Shown here in pieces: positions 11,947 to 19,004 of a stretch of 36,528 nt of DNA. A model generated the notes under the pieces. It ran no database searches, was not told the DNA's origin, and saw only the letters and a list, made by a program, of their open reading frames with translations. A program made the translations under genes and the position numbers. The stretch spans positions 1 through 36,528 of the forward strand of contig DASXMR010000138.1 in assembly GCA_036495525.1 (NCBI GenBank), written 5' to 3'. Each line of letters opens with the position of its first letter. Positions within the stretch are counted from its first letter, which is position 1. The DNA comes from Streptosporangiaceae bacterium (GTDB lineage Bacteria; Actinomycetota; Actinomycetes; Streptosporangiales; Streptosporangiaceae).

Positions 11947-14321
11947 GCCGCGACGACCGGAGCGGCAAGGGCGGCCGGCTGCCTGGTCTTGGGAGGCGGG
12001 CAAGGCCGCAGCGCGACGAGACCACCGACCCGTACGGGCAGTACGGTCACGACCCGCGCGGCCCGGCGCAGCCAGGCCCCTACGCGCCCGGCTTCGGTCC
12101 TGACGACAGCTACCCGCCGGGCTACGGCCACGACGGGCAGGGCGCTGCCGGGCAAGGCGGCTATCCGGGCTACCAGGACCAGGACGGTTACGGCGGCAAC
12201 GGGTACTCAGGCCAGGACGGCTATCACGGGCAGAACGGCTACGGCGGCAACGGCTACACCGGCCAGGACGGCTATCCCGGCCCGGCTGGCGGTGCACCGG
12301 CCGGCTACCAGGAGCACGATGCCTACCCGGCGCAGAACGGCCACTCAGGGCAGAACGGCTACCCGGCCGGCGGCGGTTACCCCGGTGACCATGCTGACGG
12401 CGGTGGCTCGTACCCGACCGGGCCGGGCTACCCCGCCGATAACGGCAATGGCGCGGCGAACGGCTACCCGGACGGCTACGCCGGCCCGGACGGCCACATG
12501 GCCGGTCATGGCTACCCGGCCGACGACAGCTACCGGACCGGGCCGGGCTATCCGCCGGCCGCCAGCTACCCGTCGCAGCCTGGCTACCCGCCGGACGACA
12601 GTTACCCGTCGCAGCCTGGCTACCCGGCCGGTGACAACTACCCGTCGCAGCCTGGCTTCCCGCCCGACGGCAGTTACCCGTCGCAGCCGGGTTTCGCCCC
12701 AGACGACAGGTATCCGTCCCGGCCGGGTTTCGCGCCGGACGACAGGTATCCGTCGCAGCCTGGCTACCCGGCCGGTGACAACCACCCGTCCAGTCCCGGC
12801 TTCCCGCGCGACGGCAGCTACCCGTCGCAGCCGGGCTACGCGCCGGACGGCGGCTACCCACCAGATGGCGGCCAGGCCGGCGATCCGGAAGCATCCGGGC
12901 CCTACCGGTGGCTCCCGCCGGGCGGCATGCCCGCTGACGCCTTCGACGCCGGCCACGGCGAGGACCCGGCCTACGGACATGGCGCGCAACAGGGACACGG
13001 CTACCCTGATCCGGCCGGCCAGGCTGGCTACCCTGGCGCCGAGCCAGCTGACTACCAGGACGACCCTGACGGCTACTCCGACGAGCAGGACGTTTACCAC
13101 GACCGATTCGACCACGCCTACGCAGAGGACGAGCCCTACCAGGGCAGGCCGGGCCCGCACCGCCAGGCAGCGGCCAGGCCGGACACCGGCAGCCAGCGCG
13201 GCCTGGTGCCCGGCCTCGCCGGCTCCGGCGGGGGCAGCAAGAAGCGCCGTCGCAGGCCGATGCGCCGGATTGCGCCGCTGCTCGCGGTCGTGGTGGTCCT
13301 CGGGCTGCTGGTCACCGGCGGCGTTTACGCCCTCAAGGTGTACCGGGGCCGGCACGCGAACTTCACCGGGTCCGGTTCAGGCACCGTCTTCTTCCAGGTG
13401 AAGCCCGGCGACGGCCCTGACCAGCTGGCGCCCGAGCTGGTGCACGACGGGGTGATCGCGGCCGCCGCGCCGTTCATCGCCGCGGCCGACGCCAGCAACT
13501 CGACGGCAAGCCTGCAGCCCGGCTACTTCCGGCTGCACAAGCACATGAGCGCCACGGCCGCCTACACCGCGCTGATCAATCCGAAGTCGGCCGTGCAGGC
13601 GAATGTCACCCTCCCCGAGGGACTGCGCGCGGTCAACGTCGTCCGCACCCTCGGCGCGCACTCCAAGATCCCCGGCACCTCGTTCTCGATCTCCGAGAGC
13701 CAGTACGCCAGCGCGCTGAAGGACACCAAGGCCCTCGGGCTGCCCTCGTACGCGAACGGCAACCCTGAGGGCTACCTGTTCCCGGCCACCTACCCGGTCA
13801 CGCCGGGCTCGACCGCGACCACCGTGCTGCAGGCCATGGTGGCGCGGTTCAAGGAAGAGGCGGCGAGCGTCAACCTGCCCAAGTGGGCGAAGAAAGATCA
13901 CTTCACCGAGGCCCAGCTCATCACCGAGGCCAGCCTGATCCAGGCCGAAGGCGGCCGGGTTTCTGACTTCGGGAAGATCGCTCGGGTGATCGACAACCGG
14001 CTCGTCCAGGGCATCAATCTGCGGCTGGACAGCACGGTCTTCTACGCTCTGCACCAGTACGGCATCGCGGCGACGGCACAGGACCTCACGGTGAACTCTC
14101 CGTACAACACCTATACGCATCCTGACCTGCCGCCTGGCCCGATCGACAGCCCCGGTGACGCGGCGATCAAGGCGGCGCTGCACCCGGCGACGGGGAACTG
14201 GCTGTACTTCGTCACGGTCAACCCGAAGACTGGGCTGACCAAGTTCACCGACAGCGCTACCCAGTTCGAGGTGTACCGGGAGCAGCTGAACGAGTACCTG
14301 AACTCACATCCGGGTGCCTGA
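11943..14321 (+). CDS. mltG: Endolytic murein transglycosylase MltG (YceG-like), 792 aa, with a cytoplasmic Tyr/Pro/Gly/Asp-rich repeat domain of about 430 aa.
   Basis: The C-terminal 340 aa carry a TM helix (IAPLLAVVVVLGLLVTGGVYAL) plus a YceG domain (GYLFPATY, the catalytic E region). The ATGA start overlaps the ruvX stop. GC3 is high throughout the repeats. Confidence 0.85.
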   Translation: MSRDDRSGKGGRLPGLGRRARPQRDETTDPYGQYGHDPRGPAQPGPYAPGFGPDDSYPPGYGHDGQGAAGQGGYPGYQDQDGYGGNGYSGQDGYHGQNGYGGNGYTGQDGYPGPAGGAPAGYQEHDAYPAQNGHSGQNGYPAGGGYPGDHADGGGSYPTGPGYPADNGNGAANGYPDGYAGPDGHMAGHGYPADDSYRTGPGYPPAASYPSQPGYPPDDSYPSQPGYPAGDNYPSQPGFPPDGSYPSQPGFAPDDRYPSRPGFAPDDRYPSQPGYPAGDNHPSSPGFPRDGSYPSQPGYAPDGGYPPDGGQAGDPEASGPYRWLPPGGMPADAFDAGHGEDPAYGHGAQQGHGYPDPAGQAGYPGAEPADYQDDPDGYSDEQDVYHDRFDHAYAEDEPYQGRPGPHRQAAARPDTGSQRGLVPGLAGSGGGSKKRRRRPMRRIAPLLAVVVVLGLLVTGGVYALKVYRGRHANFTGSGSGTVFFQVKPGDGPDQLAPELVHDGVIAAAAPFIAAADASNSTASLQPGYFRLHKHMSATAAYTALINPKSAVQANVTLPEGLRAVNVVRTLGAHSKIPGTSFSISESQYASALKDTKALGLPSYANGNPEGYLFPATYPVTPGSTATTVLQAMVARFKEEAASVNLPKWAKKDHFTEAQLITEASLIQAEGGRVSDFGKIARVIDNRLVQGINLRLDSTVFYALHQYGIAATAQDLTVNSPYNTYTHPDLPPGPIDSPGDAAIKAALHPATGNWLYFVTVNPKTGLTKFTDSATQFEVYREQLNEYLNSHPGA
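12541..12875 (+). repeat. About nine tandem 36-nt (12-aa) repeats inside mltG, encoding the YPSQPGYPPDDS consensus.
   Basis: Direct reading of the sequence. The period is 36 nt, with point variants between copies. Confidence 0.8.
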
Positions 14322-14361
14322 GCAGCTGAGCGGCTGAGCAGTTCGATGGCTGGGCAGATTG

Positions 14362-15213
14362 ATGGCTGAGCCCGCCAGGCACGCGGCCGTGCTTGGCTCG
14401 CCGGTCGCGCACTCCCTGTCGCCGGTGCTGCACAACGCCGCCTACCGTGCGCTCGGCCTGAGCGGGTGGCGCTACCAGGCGGTCGAGTGTGACGAGTCCG
14501 GGCTGGCTGCCTGGCTCGGCAGCAGGGACGCTAGCTGGGCCGGCGCGTCACTCACGATGCCGCTCAAGCGGGCCGTGCTGCCGCTGCTCGACCAGGCCGA
14601 GCCGCTGGTCGCCGACACCGGCAGCGCCAACACCGTGGTTTTCGACGGCGGCGCGCGGCTCGGCTACAACACCGACGTGGCGGGGATCGTCACCGCCCTG
14701 GCCGAGGCCGGCGTCACGCCCGGCGACGCCACCGTGATCCTTGGCGCCGGCGCCACGGCTTGCTCGGCGCTCGCCGCGCTGCGCGCGCTCGGGACCGGCG
14801 CGGCACAGGCAGCGGTGCGCGACCCGGCCAGGGCCGGCGGCCTGCTCGAGGTCGCCGCGCGGCTGGGAATGCGAGTCGGGCTAATCGCGTTCAAGGAGGC
14901 TGGGCAGGCCGGCCGCGGCCAGCTGGTGATCTCCACGATCCCGGCGCTGGCAGCGGATGGGTACGCGGCAATGCTGGCGCGGCGGACGCTCGTCCCCGCC
15001 GCCGTGCTCGACGTCGTGTACGACCCGTGGCCGACCCGGCTCGCGGCAGTAGCGCGACAGGCCGGCGCCGTGGTGGTGGGCGGCTTTGAGATGCTGCTGC
15101 ACCAGGCGTCCAGGCAAGTCGAGCTGATGACGGGGAGCGCCGCGCCAGTCCAGGCGATGCGCCAGGTCGGCGCCGCTGAGCTGGAGCGCCGCGCCGCCGC
15201 AGGGCCCGCCTAG
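14362..15213 (+). CDS. aroE: Shikimate dehydrogenase, about 283 aa.
   Basis: VLGSPVAHSLSPVLHNAAY and the NTD..G motif. ATG 14362 is preferred; TTG 14359 is also in frame. Confidence 0.85.
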   Translation: MAEPARHAAVLGSPVAHSLSPVLHNAAYRALGLSGWRYQAVECDESGLAAWLGSRDASWAGASLTMPLKRAVLPLLDQAEPLVADTGSANTVVFDGGARLGYNTDVAGIVTALAEAGVTPGDATVILGAGATACSALAALRALGTGAAQAAVRDPARAGGLLEVAARLGMRVGLIAFKEAGQAGRGQLVISTIPALAADGYAAMLARRTLVPAAVLDVVYDPWPTRLAAVARQAGAVVVGGFEMLLHQASRQVELMTGSAAPVQAMRQVGAAELERRAAAGPA

Positions 15214-15648
15214 CCGCGTGCGCAGTGAATACCGCTGGTTACTCAGATGCGCTACGCTGAACAGCACGACCAGCCCGGCGCACCCGCGCCGGGCGTGCAA
15301 GCGGAGGACCACCCCGGCCGCCTCCCACCTGGCCAGCTGCTAGCTGGCGGGTTTCATGCCGCAGGGCGACCGCGAGGCCGCTGGCGGCAGAGCTGCCGGC
15401 AGCCTGACGGTTGCCTGGCAGGCCGGTCAGCCGGCAGGCGGACCGGGACAGGCCGGACGCGCCGGCCGGCGCGCGGATGCGAGTCGGCCGGGCGTGGGCG
15501 CAGCCGTCGCCCTGGCAGTCGCCGGGCAGTGGCAGCGTGACCGGTGGCCCCGCAAGCAGGCCTGCGGGGCCTTCTGCATTCAGCAGGCTCCGCGCAGGTA
15601 CCCGGCCGGGAGATGCCCGGTCAGGCAGAAAGTGACGCAGGAGGTCAC

Positions 15649-16704
15649 ATCAGCACCGAACCTCGGATCAACGAGCGCATCCGCGTCCCCGAAGTAAGGC
15701 TGGTCGGCCCGACCGGCGAGCAGATCGGGATCGTCGCGATCAACGATGCGCTCCGGCTGGCCCAGGAGGCTGACCTCGACCTGGTCGAGGTCGCGCCGAC
15801 CGCGCGGCCGCCGGTGGCCAGGCTCATGGACTTCGGCAAGTTCAAGTACGAGTCCGCACTGAAGGCCAGGGAATCGCGCAAGAACCAGACGCAGACCGTC
15901 ATCAAGGAGATCAAGCTCCGCCCGAAGATCGATCCGCACGACTACGGCACCAAGAAGGGCCACGTCGAGCGGTTCCTCAAGCAGGGCGACAAGGTCAAGG
16001 TGACGATCATGTTCCGGGGGCGCGAGCAGTCCAGGCCTGAGCTTGGCTACAAGCTGCTGCAGCGGCTGGCCGGTGACATCGGCGAGCTGGGCTTCGTCGA
16101 GTCAGCGCCCAAGCAGGACGGCCGGAACATGATCATGGTGATCGGGCCGACCAAGCGTAAGGCCGATGCCAGGGCCGAGCGGCCCGCCCCGACCAGGGCG
16201 AGCGCCAGGGCGGCAGCGGCTCAGCCAGCGGCCGCCGAGGCCGGGCAGGTGTCAGCAGCACCGGCCGCCCAGCCGCGGCCAGCCCAGCCGGCTGACGCTC
16301 CGGCCGCCCAGCCGCGGCCGGCTCAGCCAGCTACCGCCTCGCCGCGACCGGCCTCGCCCAGGCCGTCCGCGCCCAGGCCAGGGACAGCTGCGCAGGCGGC
16401 GGCCAGGCTGAATGCGGCGGCGACCCAGACGGCGCCGCGGCCAGCCGCGGACCAGCCCGATGCCCGGCCAGCCGCAGCCCAGCCGGCCCAGCGACCGGCT
16501 GCCGCTCAGTCGGCACCGCGGCCGGCGGCGCCGCGCCCGTCTGCGCCGCGTCCGGCGGCACCGCGGCCGTCAGCGCCAAGGCCGGGAGCACCGCGGCCGG
16601 CGGCGCCGCGGCCGTCTGCGCCGCGCCAGGCTGCCGCCCAGCGGCCAGCCGGGCAGGACCGGACTGCCGAGCCGGGCGGCCAGGACGCCCAGGCCGGAGG
16701 CTGA
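15649..16704 (+). CDS. infC: Translation initiation factor IF-3, 351 aa: a standard IF3 core of about 170 aa plus a Pro/Ala-rich C-terminal tail of about 185 aa. Probable non-canonical ATC start.
   Basis: [21 protein letters not shown] aligns residue for residue with the mycobacterial IF3 N-terminus ([21 protein letters not shown], as I recall it). AGGAGG lies 4 nt upstream of the in-frame ATC at 15649. No ATG/GTG sits in a sensible position upstream. Confidence 0.85.
   Translation: MSTEPRINERIRVPEVRLVGPTGEQIGIVAINDALRLAQEADLDLVEVAPTARPPVARLMDFGKFKYESALKARESRKNQTQTVIKEIKLRPKIDPHDYGTKKGHVERFLKQGDKVKVTIMFRGREQSRPELGYKLLQRLAGDIGELGFVESAPKQDGRNMIMVIGPTKRKADARAERPAPTRASARAAAAQPAAAEAGQVSAAPAAQPRPAQPADAPAAQPRPAQPATASPRPASPRPSAPRPGTAAQAAARLNAAATQTAPRPAADQPDARPAAAQPAQRPAAAQSAPRPAAPRPSAPRPAAPRPSAPRPGAPRPAAPRPSAPRQAAAQRPAGQDRTAEPGGQDAQAGG
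16512..16628 (+). repeat. Tandem degenerate repeats encoding APRP(S/A) units in the infC tail.
   Basis: The gcaccgcggccg...gcgccgcg motif recurs directly in the sequence. Confidence 0.6.
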
Positions 16705-16952
16705 CGGCCGGTGATGATGTAACCGGGACGGCCAGGCGGGCAGCTTCGCTGCTGCCCATCGGGCCAGCCGGCTAGCTGCGCAAGCGCAGTATCGCGCCGC
16801 GGCGCGCACGATCGCGCCGCCGGCGCGCCAGCAGGGCCCCGCGCCACGGGGCACGACCTCTCGTGCCCGGCGGCGCGCCACGAGTCATCCGCGCCAGCTG
16901 GCGCGGCAGGAACGTCGTGCCGCAGGCACGCAGGAACGAAAGGCACGGCGAG

Positions 16953-17147
16953 ATGCCGAAGATGAAGACGCACAGCGGCGCCAAGAAGCGGCTCCGCCTG
17001 ACCGGGACGGGCAAGATCATGCGGCGCCGGGCCAACCGGGCGCACTACTTCGAGCACAAGCCCACCACCAGGACCCGCCGCCTGGAGAAGGACGTCGTGA
17101 TTTCCCCGGCAGACACCAAGAAGATGAAGAGACTGCTGGGAAAGTGA
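16953..17147 (+). CDS. rpmI: 50S ribosomal protein L35, 64 aa.
   Basis: [13 protein letters not shown] signature. ATG 16953. Confidence 0.9.
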   Translation: MPKMKTHSGAKKRLRLTGTGKIMRRRANRAHYFEHKPTTRTRRLEKDVVISPADTKKMKRLLGK

Positions 17148-17175
17148 CCCAGCCCGCCTCAAGGGAGTCGAACAG

Positions 17176-17565
17176 ATGGCACGCGTGAAGCGGGCGGTCA
17201 ATGCCCACAAGAAGCGCCGGACCGTGCTCGAGCGGTCCAGTGGCTACCGCGGGCAGCGGTCCAGGCTGTACCGCAAGGCCAAGGAGCAGCAGCTCCACTC
17301 CATGACCTACGCCTACCGCGACCGCAAGGACCGCAAGGGCGCGTTCCGGCGGCTGTGGATCCAGCGAATCAACGCTGCCGCCAGGGCCGACGGCATCACC
17401 TACAACCGGTTCATCCAGGGCCTGAAGATCGCCGGAGTCGAGGTCGACCGGCGGATGCTCGCCGAGCTTGCCGTGGCCGACGCGGCCGCATTCTCGGCGC
17501 TGGTGAAGGTCGCGAAGACGGCGCTGCCCGCCGACGTGGACGCGCCGAGCACGGCTGCGGCCTGA
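17176..17565 (+). CDS. rplT: 50S ribosomal protein L20, 129 aa, with a short Ala-rich C-terminal extension.
   Basis: [15 protein letters not shown]...[10 protein letters not shown] signature. AAGGGAG RBS. Confidence 0.93.
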   Translation: MARVKRAVNAHKKRRTVLERSSGYRGQRSRLYRKAKEQQLHSMTYAYRDRKDRKGAFRRLWIQRINAAARADGITYNRFIQGLKIAGVEVDRRMLAELAVADAAAFSALVKVAKTALPADVDAPSTAAA

Positions 17566-17845
17566 GGGACGCAGGCTGAGCCGCGGCGTCGCCGCCCCCG
17601 CCGGCAGGCCATCCCGCCCCGGCCGGGCCGGCCAGCTGCCGCCAGGCAGCCGGTCGCCGCGGGTCAGGGCCGCCAGGCAGCTGGCCAAGCGGGCACTGCG
17701 CGAGCGCGCCCGGCTGTTCCTGGCCGAGGGTCCGCAGGCGGTCCGCGAGGCGCTGCGCACGGCGGGCACGATCACCGAGCTGTTCGCGACCGCCGACGCG
17801 GGGTCGCGGCACGGCGAGCTGATCGCCGCCGCGCGGGCCGCTGGG

Positions 17846-18445
17846 GTGCCGGTGCACGAGGTGACCGGCGAGCTGATGGCCGAGCTCGCGCAGACAGTAA
17901 CGCCGCAGGGCCTGCTCGCTGTGTGTCGTTTCGTCGACGTGCCGCTCAACCAGCTGGTCGCGGCCCGGCCCGCCCTGGCGGTACTGCTGGCCAACGTGCG
18001 CGACCCGGGCAACGCGGGCACCGTGCTGCGCACCGCTGACGCGGCCGGGGCAGCCGGGGTGATCTTCGCTGCCGCCTCGGTCGACCCGTACAACAGCAAG
18101 TGCGTGCGGTCGTCGGCTGGCAGCCTGTTCCACCTGCCGGTGGTGACCGGCGTGTCGCTGCCGGACGCCGTCGCCGCGCTGCGCGGTGCCGGGCTGTGCA
18201 TCCTCGCCGCCGACGGCAGCGCGGCAAGCAGCCTGGACGAGGCGGAAGCCGGCGGGCAGCTCGCCCTGCCGACCGCGTGGCTGCTCGGCAATGAGGCCTG
18301 GGGCCTGCCAGCCGACCTGCTGGCGCTGGCCGACGAGGCCATCGCCGTCCCCATCTACGGGCAGGCGGAGAGCCTGAACCTGGCCGCCGCGGCGGCCGTC
18401 TGCCTGTACGCGTCGGCCAGGGCACAGCGCGCCGCTGCCGTCTGA
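17846..18445 (+). CDS. TrmH/SpoU-family RNA 2'-O-methyltransferase (TsnR-like). This is the minimal ORF from the first GTG. Homology continues about 70 codons further upstream, to roughly 17640, with no ATG/GTG/TTG available.
   Basis: SpoU methylase motifs (LANVRDPGNAGTVLRTADAAG, LGNEAWGL, the ESLN motif) are present. The upstream in-frame translation LAKRALRERARLFLAEGPQAVREAL is the typical TrmH substrate-binding N-domain. Confidence 0.7.
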   Translation: MPVHEVTGELMAELAQTVTPQGLLAVCRFVDVPLNQLVAARPALAVLLANVRDPGNAGTVLRTADAAGAAGVIFAAASVDPYNSKCVRSSAGSLFHLPVVTGVSLPDAVAALRGAGLCILAADGSAASSLDEAEAGGQLALPTAWLLGNEAWGLPADLLALADEAIAVPIYGQAESLNLAAAAAVCLYASARAQRAAAV

Positions 18446-18462
18446 GCGCCCAGCCAGCGATC

Positions 18463-18593
18463 CTGACCAGCTAGCCCAGCTCCCCGGAGCAACCCGCCCG
18501 GATAGCCCAGCGTCCCCACCGGCCCCGGCGCTCTGACCGGCTGGCCCAGCGTCCCGACGGCCCAGGAGCCTGACCGGGTAGTGTCCCGACGGG
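18463..18593 (+). repeat. Four degenerate direct repeats of about 25-28 nt (consensus roughly CTGACCRGCTRGCCCAGCGTCCCSACGG), immediately upstream of the inverted repeat.
   Basis: Visual alignment of four copies at about 18463, 18501, 18533 and 18570. Confidence 0.45.
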
Positions 18594-18607
18594 CCGACCC
18601 ATGATCC

Positions 18608-18645
18608 GGAAGGAAAACTGCTGCTATGACAGCAGTTTTCCTTCC
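18608..18645. repeat. Perfect 16-bp inverted repeat (GGAAGGAAAACTGCTG / CAGCAGTTTTCCTTCC) with a 6-nt spacer. It is AT-rich relative to the genome.
   Basis: Read directly from the sequence. A 16/16 perfect inverted repeat is far beyond chance expectation. Confidence 0.8.
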
Positions 18646-19004
18646 AGTTAGGTACGCGGACCCGGCGTAGCTGGCTGCGTGCTGGAGGACGGCCGCTGGA
18701 CTCGGAGTGGCTGCCTGCGGTGCTGGAACGCGGTCCATTCGACTCGCGATGGCCGCTGGTGCTGGATGGCGGCGGCATGAGATCGCTAAGTGCGCATCCC
18801 AAACTCCGAGTAGCAGGGGGTGCCGTACGGTATGCCGGACGCGCTAGAGTTTGATCACGTTGCGTCATTTCCCGCCTGTGCCTGAGTCGAGCGGTACGCG
18901 GCTGGTCACGCAGCGCGGTACTCGCTGCGGGTAACCCCCCGGATCCGCGGCCGGGTCTTTTCGTCGCGCCGGGGACAGGGACGGCGGGCGGAGGGCACAG
19001 TCGG

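Noticed and set aside
11752-13401. ORFs 11752..12894 - (380 aa), 11989..13401 + (470 aa) and 12345..13355 -, over the mltG repeat region.
   Set aside because: The mltG frame has high GC3, continues into the TM helix and YceG domain, and starts with an ATGA coupling to ruvX. The other frames give Arg/Thr homopolymer-like strings.
15214-15648. ORFs 15247..15540, 15356..15697 and 15411..15635 in the region upstream of infC.
   Set aside because: Arg/Gly-rich translations with no RBS. The region is better explained as a structured infC leader containing several perfect hairpins (e.g. CCCGGCGC-accc-GCGCCGGG, and CGCGCCGGCCGGCGCG).
16166-17210. ORFs 16166..16411 +, 16412..16714 +, 16331..16759 -, 16506..17210 - and 16570..16881 -, over the infC tail and infC-rpmI spacer.
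   Set aside because: They are alternative frames of the Pro/Ala repeat DNA and of the palindrome-rich spacer. Their products are poly-Arg/Pro with no coding signal.
18355-18738. 127-aa minus ORF running through the 16-bp inverted repeat and the direct repeats.
   Set aside because: GC3 across the hairpin segment is below 40%, against above 85% for real genes here. It also overlaps the TrmH 3' end. The repeats, not a protein, explain its periodicity.
18780-18900. Search for a tRNA or other small RNA gene in the lower-GC part of the TrmH-kinase spacer.
   Set aside because: By eye I could find no cloverleaf (no GTTCRANYC T-loop with matching acceptor stem). An unknown sRNA remains possible but cannot be supported from sequence alone.
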